Source: Tricharina praecox (taxonomy: Eukaryota). Taken from it: DNA of 64,000 nt. Numbering within the stretch: position 1 is the stretch's first letter; each line of letters begins with the position of its first letter. The stretch lies in NCBI RefSeq assembly GCF_024521635.1, contig NW_026250413.1, forward strand, positions 434,001-498,000, in the 5' to 3' direction. The translations under genes and the position numbers were made by a program. Below are positions 23,617-36,594 of the stretch, piece after piece. The notes under the pieces were generated by a model that searched no databases, had not been told where the DNA came from, and saw only the letters and a program-made list of their open reading frames with translations.

Positions 23617-26562
23617 AACAACAACCCGAACCAGTTACGTGTGTGTATTCATACCTTAGCACTCGACGGACATGTTTTTTTCTCTCCAGGAGTAGCTTTT
23701 CTAGTCTTTCTATGGTGCATTGGACCATATCTCTCGGCCGCTCCAGGCTTCAGCTGATTCGGTGATTGAGTTCGGACGGAAGCGGTGATCTAGCCGTTCA
23801 ACGAAACTCAAGATCGAGTATCATGGCGACTACACATTTAGTTATAGCCGTATTAGGTTTGCTGAACGGCGAGACTCAATGTAAGCTTAATACTTGTATA
23901 AAGTGGAGATCCCAAGGTTTAATGAAACTCAAGCTCGAATATCGTACTACTCGTAGCCTTATTGAAGCTGCTAAAGGGTGTCTCAATCGAAGTTCAATAC
24001 TTGTATAAAGCGGCAGAACTCGTCCCCCTCTTTCCTCCCTGCCTCTCTTCCCACTTCCACACTTCCAGACTTCCAGACTTTCCGACTTCCTTTCCCCTAA
24101 CTCCTCTTTTCCATTTTATATTTCTCCTCCGATCTTTCGAAATGAGTACTTCCGTCCGCAACATCCCCACTCCCACCGCAAATCAGCGGTCAGACGTCCA
24201 AACCGTAAGTCCTTCCGCGCCCTCGCGATCCCCCAACTCTCGCCGATACTAAGTTTTGTGAAGGTCCGCGCCGGAAAGATGGACATCGAGCAGCTCGCCG
24301 ACATTTTCTCTCTCGGCCTGACCAAATATTGTTCGCCCTTCCTGTGGAATCACACCACCGAACAGGCCTGTAGGCTACCGATGGGACACCGTATGTATTA
24401 CTGTTTCCCAGCGCTGCCGCCGCAGTGTCACTGACAACCACCGCAGATTCCTGGGACTTCCTGTGCGACTTGGCGGAGCTGTGGCCGCGCCATCGCAGCT
24501 GCGAAGCGCTGCTTTACGCCGTGACTAATGCGTACAACCGCACGCACGCGGATTCGCTGGCGACCGCGACCCGCAGCCGCAAGATCACCGCCGACGTCGG
24601 GAACATCCGGCTCATCGGTACGGCGGACTGGGAGGTGAGGACGGCCGGTCTTCATCGCCGTCATCGAGCCGGATACGGAAAGGTTCCATCGCCGCGGCTG
24701 CGCTCCGCTGCTGAGTATCTTGCTCATGGATCGGGACGGGTCCGGATTCGCTCAGGGATTAATGACGGACGGATGGAGGTTCTGCTTCATGGCCGTCGAC
24801 CACGGCTTGGTGTACCAGTCGCCCCCCTACGACTACCGCCGCCGGGGAGATCTGATCGTCATCATTAACCGCCTCCTCGATATGCTCCGGTTCTACCCCC
24901 ACCCCCAACCCCAACCCCAGCCCCAGCAGTAGCTTGAGAAGCCAAGCCCTACGGAGGAGAAGCTGCGATATGTTGCCGCACAGCCCATAGCTGGCGAATC
25001 GGGGCCCAGACAGTAGTTAGTTTGCAGTCTCGGTCCAATCTAGGTAGTATGTAGGTTGCATAAACACTCAACCGACATGGTATCAATCGCTAACCCTTCT
25101 ATTCTAGGTTTTTCGAATCCGCGTTTTGTTTTTTGTTATTGCCACCTGTTATGTTTGGCTGCATATCCTATGGAATGAAAGTTTGAACATCGATGCAACC
25201 GCGGTGACCATCGAGTGATCCCGCATGCTAGGTACTATGTAGTCGCGCCTAATCCCCCAACAACCACCTAGGAAGGGCCATCATCGCTGAACACCGCTGT
25301 AGGCTGTAGCAAGTGAATGCCAACATCCCTGGAATAGAGGGATAATAATCCCCATACTTCATCCCCACACTCAATCAAAAAAAATCTGACATTCGTTGTG
25401 CGCAAGATCCAGCCAAGCATTGATACCATGATACCAGTACATACCGTCGAGTACTTCATGGGTAAAGTATGGTGCCAGATAGAGTACCGGAAACACAGCA
25501 GAAAAGAAAGGAAATAGAGCCAACTATTCAAAGTTTGCCCCCCCCATATCACCGGGGGTGAATTCTGCTCCGTAATGACGTGCAAGTTTGAAGTCGCCGG
25601 AAAGGCACAGCCTCGGGTGGTCCAGGCTTAGTGGAGCTACTATGCTATACTATAGGGCACTGCGTAGACGGGAGTGCGGATGCGCGGCTTGGGAGTTGGG
25701 ACCGGGTTGGAGCCTCGCGGTGCCTGCCTTGCGGGAAAGGCGGGCGTGTATGATGCACTTAAGACGGGTGGCAGGCTGAGGAGAGTAGGCGTTTGACCTG
25801 CAAGGCGGGTCTGGAAGAAGTGTGGGCTTGAGCGAATGGGATGGGTTTGGAGGAGCGGGCTGGCTACGTGTGTAAGTACGTGAAAATACTGCTCCGGTGG
25901 TGGTGGTAGTGGTGGTGAGGACTTAATCGGCCTAGCCGGGCGATTGAGCCTGAGGCTTCGATTGACGTCATTATCCCGGCCTTCATTGTAGGTGGTTTGA
26001 ATGGGCCGTCTAGGCTTGGAGCCTTCTTTGAGTTCGCACCGCGGGTGATGTCATGTGAACCTCGCGAATCGCTTGTTGTCGCTCGGCAGGCTCTCCGGTC
26101 TACGCAGGGTACCTACAAGGCTACGATTTTTTTAAAAAAAAAACGAGGTTCTACACGGCTCAAATAGAATCATGCATATCCAGGCAGAAGAAAGGTGCGA
26201 TGACCGCACGGCTGCTCTGTCCGACCGACCATTTGGCTGCTATATGGGCGGGGAGTATCTGGTCCAATCAACTACAGCCCTGAGCCCCCTTTTAGAGGCG
26301 ATGTACTAAGGTCGGTAATGACTGGTCGATGCGCCGATACGTGATACCAGTAGCCATTCAGTTTCAATTAACTCCCGTTTTTTTACTATCGTATGAAGAA
26401 CGAATCGACTTGCTCTGGCTGCTCAAGTGACTACCTGGGCCGTATGCGACAACAAAATGACGTTCTCTCTTTCGATGGCTCGAGTGGTTGTTTATGCATT
26501 GCTTACCATACTTCCGGTGGGTACATATCCTCAATTATCTGATAGGTACCGTATGCTGTCGT
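23617..26562 (+). repeat. Copy 1 of duplicated ~3 kb cassette (inverted relative to 58687-62168)
   Basis: Colinear blocks match the reverse complement of 58687-62168, e.g. ctccaggagtagcttttctagtcttt, gtagtcgcgcctaatcccccaacaaccacc, gatgtcatgtgaacctcgcgaatcgcttgttgtc, gcattgcttacca and tatgctgtcgta. Confidence 0.9.
24142..24932 (+). pseudogene. Frameshifted paralog of the cassette gene at 60798-61594 (REase-fold-like hypothetical protein)
   Basis: Same ATG context and two intron positions (GTAAGT near 24205, GTATGT near 24391). A ~17 nt deletion near 24640 (GTGAGG-ACGG-CCGGTC vs GCGAGG-ATTACCGCGGTCGGGGACAGG-CCGGCC) splits the frame into ORFs 24425-24868 and 24720-24932. Confidence 0.75.
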
Positions 26563-28147
26563 AATCTAGCTGTATGGTGGAGTGCCAACCAGCCAGTAGT
26601 TGCACGCAGTGCGCACTAACCGACGATTGACGCTTTCTAGAATCTGCAGGAGTTTCTTCACGTTTCAGCCATATTGCCGTTCTCGACCCGGATTTGCGAA
26701 CAGACGGTTTGCAGGAGAATTCCGAGGATCACAGGTACATACATATGCATGTGGGCAGTGGAACCAGCGACGTGATTCGGGCAAATGGGTGCATTTGTCG
26801 CCATGTAGCTATCGGTATACCTACCTAGTACTGCTACGGACCTACGGTGGCTAGCGGATGGTCGGTAGACGGTGGACGTTGCATGCGCTGTGCGGTACGG
26901 TATTTTCACTGGGCCATGCGAAAGAGCCTGGAACCTCCTTCACACGGCCGAGCCATTCCGAGTATCTTCTGACCTGTGAACCGGCACACCCGCTCCCTTG
27001 CGACGAATGGCTGGTGTCCTCGACACCGCATGTTGTTTCGGCAGAGCAGCTATCACCTGGTGCTCTGCAACGTTGCATATATGTACTCGCCCCGTGGAGT
27101 ACCTCACAAGCTCCACTTCGTCCTGAGGGCCGATGATCGATCCGAACTGGACGAACGGCAGCCACGGCAGCCACGGCTGGATGTGAGTGGGCTGATCGTA
27201 TCATAAGACGGGCTTTCTATCGAACGTTCTGCGGCATTTCGGACAAAGGAACCCGGGTACGAGTTGGAATTCCGATAGGTAGATGGTTGAAACCTTCCGG
27301 TACCGTAGACGTGTTTGGCACTGGAACGCAGGGGAAAGATTCTTCTCGATCTACGAGCGCATTCCACGGACTCGATCTCAAATTCCCACTTCGGCACCCG
27401 TAATATCGGATGCGACTGGAGGTATGGAGGAAAATGACTCGGGCAGCTCTTGCGGCTTGACCACAGACAGCGCCGAACGTGTATCCGGATATAAGTGCAG
27501 TTGGTCTTTCGCTCGGAAGATCGGTGATGGTATGCAGTGCAGCGTGCCGGATCATGTGTATTGGCCAAGGGAAGTCAGCACCCTCCACCTCGAGTGGTCG
27601 TTTATATTGTATGAACCCGAGAGAGCAGCCCCCGGCGCCGTCTGGCTCTTTCTCCGATGTCCGGGTCCGCAAGCCCCCATGGAGCACGTGATCTCTTCGA
27701 CTGCGTCAGCTGGTGGCGTTCTTCCCGAATAACTGTGGCGGTGGTTCGATTTATGTCGTCTCTAAGATCGGTATTATTTCATGCACAGCGGGAACAATAT
27801 ATCGCGCTCAATCCGCGGGGTCATGAAGTTGCGACCGATGACGACATCCTGGCCAGGGAACTCTAATCTCGAGGTCGCACAGGGAGTTGCTGGATGCCAA
27901 GGGCGGGTTCAAGAAGAGGCTAGCGTGGAACTAACCACGGGCGAACAGAATAGAAGGAAGGTGAAGCGTCCGCCGACAAAGAAGAGAGAGACAGTTGATT
28001 CCGTCATCACCATCACCACCACCATCAACTCATCTGTATCCACTATCCCCCATCGACCTCCCTAGCTTCTCCAGTGACAACTTCAATTCGACAGTTGCCC
28101 ACGAACCCGATACCGACGACCAGACGAAGCTCAGCCGCAGCTCAGCC

Positions 28148-29413
28148 ATGGTACCTCACCCCACCTCCCCCGCCGCTCCTCCAGCACGCGTTCGAGCTCT
28201 GCTGACATCCGCAGTTTAGCGGAGGCTTCTACGACGACGACATGATGGGCAGCTTTGGCGGGGCGCCGCCGATGCGAGCCGGCGGCACTCGCCGACGATT
28301 CGACTCCTACTTCCGCTGCTATCCCATCGCGGTGCTGGACCGGAAAGAGCTCAACTACGGCGGAAAGATCATCATGCCGCCGTCTGCGCTAGAGAAGCTG
28401 TCGAAGCTGCATATCACCTACCCCATGCTGTTCGAGATCCATAATGGCAAGAAGGGCAAGGTTACGCATGCCGGTGTTCTGGAGTTTATTGCCGAGGAGG
28501 GCAGAGTGTATCTTCCGTACTGGGTGGGTGGTAGCGATGCTCCGAGGTGGATGTGTGTGCGTGTTGCTGACGGAAAGGATGCCGGCAGATGATGCAAACG
28601 CTTTCCCTAGAGCCCGGCGAGCTCCTCCAAATCAAGTCTACCGACCTCCCCTCGGGGTCGTTCATCAAGTTCCAGCCGCAGTCGGTGAAATTCCTCAACG
28701 CGATCTCGGACCCCAAAGCGGTGCTCGAGAACGTGCTGCGCAACTTCAGCGCGCTCACCAAGGACGACATATTCCAGTTCAGCTACAACGACGAGACGTT
28801 CTCGATTAAAGTGGAAGACGTGAAGCCGGTGAACCCCAGCGGCGCGGTCTCGGTGGTCGAGACGGACGTGGAAGTCGACTTCTCTCCGCCACTGGACTAC
28901 GTCGAGCCCGTGCGGTCTGCCCCCGCCTCTGCCGGCAGCTCCCGCCCCGGCTCCGTCGTCGGCGGCGGCCGCGTCACCCCAATCACGCAGGAAGGCAGCA
29001 TGGCCAAGTCGATCGGCTACAGCTCGCTGGCCGTCGCCGCCTCCACCGCCGCTGCAAACCAGTTCGCGGGCTCGGGGCAGAAGCTCAAGAGCTCGCGCAC
29101 CGGCACCCCCACCGCGAAGCCGTCCACCCCCGTCGCGGGGGTCTCCTCCAACCCCAAACCCTTACCTGCCGCCGCTACCACCGCAGCAAGAAAATCAGGC
29201 CCACAACCCCTCCGGCTGCCCCCTGGAAAACTGTTTTTCGGTTACCCCCTCAAGCCAGTCAAGAAAGACGGCGACAAGGATGCCGAGGAGAAGAAGCCGA
29301 GCATGTTCTCGACCGGCGGAGGACAGTCCCTCCGCAGCGCGGCGACGAAGAAGAGGAAGGGCGAGGACGTGGCTGCCGGAAGGAGTAAGGACGCGGCTAT
29401 CGAGATTGACTGA
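28148..29413 (+). CDS. UFD1: Ubiquitin fusion degradation protein Ufd1 (Cdc48 cofactor)
   Basis: ATG-only first exon 28148-28150; introns 28151-28214 and 28524-28588. Motifs FRCYPI, LNYGGKIIMPPSALEKL, THAGVLEFIAEEGRVYLPYW, ISDPKAVLENVLRNFSALT and LRLPPGKLFFGY. Confidence 0.95.
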
Positions 29414-30939
29414 ATCGGGTTCGTAGCGGGGGGGAGCAAGGAAGGGAGGAAACAATCTACAGGTTGACGGGGATGGCGTTTACTGGTCGTGATTGGGTGT
29501 GATTGATTCATTGATTGATTGATTGATTGGGGTGTTTCGTTTCGTTCGTTTCTTTGACTTGTATTTTCTTTCTTTCTTTTCTTTCGTTCAATGGTTTCGT
29601 TTCGATGGTTTGGTTTTCTTATGCGGTACGGTACACGTGTTTTTACGAACGGGGATAGGTGGGGTGGGTAGAGTAAATGGGAGTGCCCCCGCCTTTACTC
29701 CGCAGTACCTTTACTCCGCAGCACCTAAGAAGTACCTATTGTGTGTCTGTCTGCCACCCCGAATAATGACGTACCGTAAAACATTTAGATCAGGATAAAC
29801 GTATGATACCCACGTGGACCATAGCGAAATCCAGAGTCCAGACATTTCCCCGGCGGCGGTGCCGTTTCCGCCGTGCACTGTTGCACCGTCTGGGTCGCCA
29901 CGGCGCCGATGCCGCAGAATTGACACGTCAATCACTCGCCCCTGACCCCGCTCCGTCGCCTCAAACTCGCCCCGCTCCGACTCGCCACACGGCAGGCTGT
30001 GAGTGGCTCTGCTGTGCTCCACTCTGCTACGGTCGATGGCGTCACATTTCACTTCATGGGGGATCACTCGCGAACTTGCGATATACTCCAGAAAGATACT
30101 GGATCGATTGAGTTAAAACCCCCCCAAAAACCGAAGGGAAACAAGCAGCAGTAAGTAAGCAGAAATACACGCTGTTCGTTACGTGAGACTTGCAAGCCCA
30201 TAAAATATGATAGGTACATAAAGTATGATAGGTACGAAGAGTCGTTACCCCAAGATTCCAAGAAACAAAACGGAAACTAGAAAACGGAAAACCCCAAAGG
30301 CAATGGAAAACCCAGAGTCAATGCACAAATACGAATGCAAGAAACAAATCTCCCTTCCCCCTCACGCGCCCCCCCCCCCTCCTCCCCCTCCCACCCTCGC
30401 AGCGCCCTACCCCTTCCCCGCCAACGCCCCGCACCTAGCCCTGCGAACCCCGCACGATCCAGACTCCAAGACTCCCGTCCCATGCACAACATAACACAAC
30501 CATAAAATCATAAAAACCGGAAATGATATAGCATAACTAGATCTAACCGAGGAACAAGCAAGCAAACAATATCGAACAAGCAAGTAAAGCAGTCAATCAA
30601 TCAAGTAGCCAAGTAAACAAATCAAGCAAACAAGCACCGAACCAATGCAGATGAGAATGTGATAGAAACGCGACAAAAATATATATACGAACCGTCAAAA
30701 GATGACATGAAAGTCGAGAGGAACACCGCACCGGACATGATCAAAGCACAGAACAGAAGACCCGCACATGACAACGCATGACAACACATGATGAAAACGC
30801 AAGGAAGTAAGGAAAGCGGGCAGCAGAGAAAAGAGGAAGCCAAAAAAATAATTCAAATCAAATCAAATCAAACCCAATTCCGTCTAAAATACGCAACCAA
30901 AAGCAAAAGCAAAAGCAAAAAGGAAAAAGTATTATGGTG

Positions 30940-30980
<41 letters not shown>
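30940..30980. repeat. (GAT)n microsatellite
   Basis: About 13 GAT units. Confidence 0.9.
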
Positions 30981-31263
30981 TACAGCCCCTTCCCTTCCTC
31001 TCTTCCCTCTCTTCTCTGCTCCCCAAACGCCTAACGCCGGGGGGTATACTTGTACAGTTTCGTTTTCGTTTCGTTTTCGTTTCGTATGGGTCGTAACTTC
31101 GTTTCGGTCGTGAGTTTGTAGAGGACTGGCCTCGATGTTGTAGATGATGGACAAAAGAAATAGATGGTAATGATCGTCGTAAAGGGGGGCAAAAGGAATA
31201 AACGGATCCGTGAATGAATGTGTGTGTGCACGTGTGTGTGCGGGAATTTGGGTGAAGAGTCAA

Positions 31264-33821
31264 CTAAAAGGCAATGTTGAAGCTCTCAACCCGCTCGCGG
31301 CAGGAGTCGATCGGCGTCAGCTCGTAGGCATCAGTGTCCCAAGCGCAGTAGTCCATATGTTCTGGCGGCGAGGGAACGGTGAGGGTCAGGATCGAGTTGG
31401 CGTCACACTCGGTGTCGTCGTCGTCATCACGGCACCAGGAGTCGCGGTAGGCGTGACGGGAGATATCTGTGGCTGTTAGGAATGGACGGTTTTGCGCACG
31501 GAGAGAGAGGAACGTACTCAATGGATTGAATTGATCCATCTGGTTGTCTTCAAGGGTCTTCTTGAAGATGGCCGAGAGACGGCGGTGCAGCGACTTCTTG
31601 CCTGATGACCACGTCTCTTTCCAGACCGTCTGGTCACTGTCGGACATTTTGTCTCCTTGACACCCGGTGGCTTTGTATGAGATCCAGTGGGAGCTCTCGT
31701 CGCCAGTCTTGGTCGAGCTGCAACCAAGAGGAGGTGTCGGCGGGGGAGTGAGCATGTCGGATGGTGGGGACAACACAGCTTGAGGATGTCAGTTTAATCT
31801 ACTTTGTACAGGCTGAGAGCGGCGACATACCTAGGATTGCACGCTTGACGGTTCGAACGGAAGACCCAGAATCTAGTAGAGAGTCAGTCCTGCAAATACG
31901 ACAGCATTATACAGCGGAGACTGACCCTGTTCCTTCTCGTCCTTGTTATCGCCTTTAGACTCAGGCTTCTCCCGAATGGTTGCCGAGTCCGATGCATCGT
32001 CTTCGATGCTGACTTCACTCTGCAACTGTTTCGACGCATCATCATCGACGCCGTTCGCATGCCCTTTTACACCATCAGCTTCATATCCTCAGCCCATGCA
32101 ATATCCGCGGAGACACACCGTTCTGCTCGTCATCTCCCCCTCGGATGGTTGCTGCGTCGTCGAGGTCCATCTCTTCAAGGATGCTCTTGGTCTCGGCCAG
32201 TGAGGCGGCGTACGAGAGCATGTCGACGTCTTGGATCGAGGTGGCCGAAGACTTGGCCTCCTCCTTCTTCTCCTCTTTCAACGACCTGACCGTCCCGATG
32301 GACGAGACCGAGAGCCGCTTCTTTGACTTGTATTCCTCCTCCCGTTCCGCCTCCTTCTTCGCCTTCTTCTCCTCTTCCTTCACCTTCTCTTCCTTCACCT
32401 CGTCCTTAGCACTCTTCTTCTGTGGCTTCTCAACCTCCGTCTCATCACCGGAATCATCCCTCCTCACATCCTTCGTAGACCGCGACGATCTCTTCGGCTT
32501 ATCCTCATCCTCGGAGTCCTCGCCGGCTGTCGATTTCCTTGCCGTCTTCTTCTCCTTCTTCGACTTCAATCTGCTCCTCAGACTCTTCTCCTTCTTTTCC
32601 CTGACCTCCTCTTCAGTATCCTCAGACTCGACCTCCTTCTTCGCCTTCTCCACCTTCTCCGCCTTCTTAGCCTTCCGGATCTTCTTCTCATCAGCCGCTG
32701 CCTTCTTCTCCTCCTCCTTCTTTTCCTTGCGCTCCTTCCACTTCAGCACGCGGGAGCCCGCCTTGGTGACCGCGTTCTTGAAGCCCTTGAGGCTGCCGAT
32801 CTTGCTAAGCACCGATTTCGCCTTTTGCGGCGGCGACGCCAGCGAGTCCTCGTCGTCCTCCGTGGGACAGTCGTTGTGCACCGACTCTGTGGGCGAAGAT
32901 GCTAACCAAGGGTGTCAGATTTGCTTCCGTTAAATACCGGGCAGCGGACATGCGACTTACGGGTTATGATGACTTTGGGTGTGGGTTTTGGCTGCTCCAC
33001 TACTTTCTCCGGTACAGGCTCCTCAACCACCGGCTTCTCAACGATGGCCACCATGGGCACAGCAGTCTCTGCTTCCCGAATGCCCAGCTCAAACACAGCT
33101 CGCACATCCGCATCCTTTCCGGTGGGAAAAGCCTGTATATCCATCAGCATCCATCCACACCCGTAACCACAGTCGCCGGTAGGTCGGGGCACACTACCTC
33201 CAACCCCAACTTCCTCCCCCTCGCCGCCTCCTCCACCCTCCTAAGCTGCTCCTCGAACCCAGTCTCCTCCTCTCCCCCCTCCTCCTCACCAGCCAGTACA
33301 AAATGCAACCTCCCATCCGCGCGTACCCTAGCCTTCAACCCCCTCTCATCCGCGATCCTCCCCCTTCTCTTGCCCAGCACACAGCTCTCGGCCACATCGA
33401 ACCTGGGCTCGGCAACAAAAACCTCGCTCCTGGGCCCGGTAACCCGTGCCCGCGAATGCTTCCGCGGGCGGAAGGCGCCATACCGGCGCTGCCGCTTCGG
33501 CTCCGACGCCTCGGAGCCAACGGGGAGCCCGCGTTTATGGCCGGCATAAACTGTGGGCGCGAAGACGGGTGTGGTTGTGGGCGTGGGCGTGGGCGTGCTG
33601 GCAACGAGCGGCACGCTGGGGGCGGGCTTTACCCGCCGGCAGCCGGAGCCGGAGCTGGCGGTCTTCGAGGGCTTCAGGGACATGCCCGCCGCCGCTGCAA
33701 GTGGCCCCGCAAGCGGCCCTGCCAACACAGTGCTCGTTGTCGTCGTTGTCGTCGTCGTCATCGTGAAGTTCGCTACGTGGATGAAGGGCGCGAAGCCTGC
33801 GGGGAGAGACAGGTACGACAT
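31264..33821 (-). CDS. Multi-exon hypothetical protein with Lys/Glu-rich middle region
   Basis: Probable ATG 33821 (MSYLSLPAGF). ORFs 33144-34367, 32902-33192, 32081-32881 and 31264-31776 link through canonical introns (33197-33133, 32960-32887, and further ones near 32119 and 31925). No recognisable domain. Confidence 0.6.
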
Positions 33822-34834
33822 CTTCTTCTTCTTGTTCTTTGCTCTCGCTCTTGCTCTCGATCTTGCTCGCTTGCTCTCTTTTTGGCTTGCTGGTTCCTTC
33901 CGTCTCTTCCTTCCGTCGTCTTCGTCTGTGTTCGGTATCCGTTGTCCTTTTTCCTTCCTGCCTGGGTGGATGAAGTCAAGACGATGACGGGGTGTGGGCA
34001 GGCAAGTGTATGTATATAAAGTAGGACAAGGTGGGCTGGGATTGTGTTTGCAGTTTGCAGAAGCAGGCGGCGGGGGGGACAAGGCGTGTATATCAGGCAG
34101 GTATAAAAGCACTTCGTTGGAACTCCGCTGGAACCTGGCAGAGGGTGGGTGGGTGAGTGGGTGAGTGGGTGGGTGCGGATATGTGGCTTCGGGAGTTGCG
34201 CTTGTTACGGAAAGGGCGGTGGGAGCTCCGGTTGTTCTGTTCTGTTCTGTTCTGTTCCTCTCTGCTCTCGTCTCTGGGCACGGACGGCCTGTGGGCTGTG
34301 GGTTCGGATTGGAGGATAGCAGTATGGACCACGGACTGCCCGGCTGGACGGGGCGGATGCGAATCAATTGAGGTATGTACGGTGCTCCAGGGTAGGTACA
34401 GGTGGTGTGGTATGGTATGGCAGGTATGGTATGGTGAAGAGGGGATGGGAGGGGGAGAAGGATCAGCGAGTGGTCGGTATGACTACGACGATGGGATATG
34501 ATTGAACGACGCGATGCAGCAGTGATGAAGATGTGATTGTGTAGCTACATGAGTGGACGGGCGCGGGGGGTTTCGGGCGCGGGGGGGAGGGACGAGGGCT
34601 TTAAGAGGTCAGACATACAGACGTGCGATGGACGACATGGACATGGACATGCGGTACCTATGTACCTAATGTATGTACACGACACACGACACACTGGTCG
34701 GGGTGGGTGGAGGACCCTTCCTCGGTGCGGAAAACGAGTGTATACCGGCCCCGAGTGCTTTGTTTTTGCTCTGCTTTTCCCAACAAAGCCCTCCCTTACC
34801 TTGCCTTCCTTTGTCTTCCCCATTGCCCTCTCGA

Positions 34835-34975
34835 ACCTCGCACCTCAACCTCGCACCTCGCACCTCGCACCTCGCACCTCGCACCTCGCACCTCAAACCT
34901 CAAACCTCACACCTCAAACCTCAAACCTCAAACCTCAAACCTCAAACCTCAACCCTCAACCCTCAACCTCAAACC
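34835..34975. repeat. 7-bp minisatellite (CACCTCG)n grading into (CAAACCT)n
   Basis: About 20 heptamer units read directly. Confidence 0.9.
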
Positions 34976-36594
34976 GGGCAATCGCCCGCAATCAATCCGC
35001 ACCGAAACCTCCCAATCCGTGCTCGTTCCGTCCGTCATCATCGTCGTCCATCACCAGGCGAACCAGAGACAGAGACAAAGTTCCAGACAGGTGGGATCGG
35101 GGCGGTGGGGAGGGGAGGGTGGGGGGGGGGGGGGGTCGACCACGCTCTCGCGTCTGATTGGCCGGCTGCGGCTGCGATTGGGGGGAGGGGGTGTGATATG
35201 CGGAGCGCGGGATACGTGGTGGTATGTACTCTACTTAGGTATCAAAGTACTCTATGTATGTACGTGGTGAGTGCAGGTTCACACACCGTTGCTGGCCTGG
35301 CCTATGGCGGGGAAGTGATGTGATGTGATGTGTGATGTGTGATGTGGATCGCTGGGCGGACGGGGGGTGGATCATTGGCCGGGGTGGGTGGGTGTGGTGG
35401 GTATTTGTGTGGGTGTGTGGTGGTTGTGTGGGTGGTTGTTTGAGAATTCCCGACGAGAGACCTGGCCGTGCGTGCCGTCGCTGGTGCTACTATGTTCCTA
35501 TTGTTCCTAGGGGCGATGATGCTCGATGATGGCCTCGGAGCTCTGTGCGCTGCTTTTCGGCCCCGGGTTTCGCTTCGTAGCTTGGTGGTAGTTAGGTAAG
35601 TACGGTGATGTAAACCGAACGAGTGCACGTGTGGGATTCTGGCTGGAATTGAGTCCGCTCGAGCTGCCTATGATGCGGTACTAACCAGTACATAGAGCAC
35701 CTCAAGTACCTGGGTACGCTCGATTCGCCAGTGCTGGTGCGGGACTATCTAGGATTCTAAGTACCTCGGACGATCACATCACCACACGATGGCTGGTCAG
35801 GAATACCCAGTTAACAACTATCAGAATAGCTATTCTGCGGCACAACTCACAACATCTGCTGCAACTGTATTCTGCACGCTCTGCCCGGCCCTGCACTCAC
35901 TCCCCTGCCCTGCACTCACTCCCCGACCGTGCCGGAACGGAAAGGTCCCACTGTCTCAGTTTCCAGCGTACCTGCTCTTGCCGCCGCCGCCGATGAGAAG
36001 AGCAGCACCAGCAGCAGCGGCGGTTGGTTCATGATGTATGTACCTAATGTATGAGGTACTCTACCTAATGTACTCCGCAATCGGAGAGGTGCTCACTGCC
36101 GGTACCTGAAATCTGGATAGGATGGCGTTATTGGAGGTATTGGAGGTAGTTATGTGCCGGTGGTGGTAGTGGTGCGAAAGCAACAGCTACCAGCCGACTG
36201 TTGGATTGTTAGAGCTCATAGATCGACCGGGTGCCATTGGAAGCTGTAACTAGGTGGTGGGGGATTCGGGCTAGGCATGTGCTAGTATGTAGAGCACATA
36301 CATCATGCACACCGGTGAAGATGAATTCGTGCTCTTGGGTGTGGATGAGAGGTGACTAGAGTAATAGCTATGGGTGTGGGCAGGTGCCATGTACTCTAGT
36401 ATGTAGAATGGAGTGGAGTACCCTAGAGTGACTAGAGTACCTAGCACACAACGGACGATCGATCGCTTGGCGAACCGGTGCTCACGTTCGCGATTCCCGA
36501 CCTTTCTCTGGCGACGCGACTTCTCCGACTCCGACTGCGACACTGCCGCCGCATCACCACCACCGTCAACACCACCCCGTCACCCCCTCCCTCA

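Noticed and set aside
26600-27870. Overlapping 100-156 aa ORFs upstream of UFD1
   Set aside because: No motifs or consistent splice model; a decayed gene cannot be excluded.
34537-35323. Three overlapping ~210-aa ORFs
   Set aside because: Kept open by a stop-free heptamer minisatellite.
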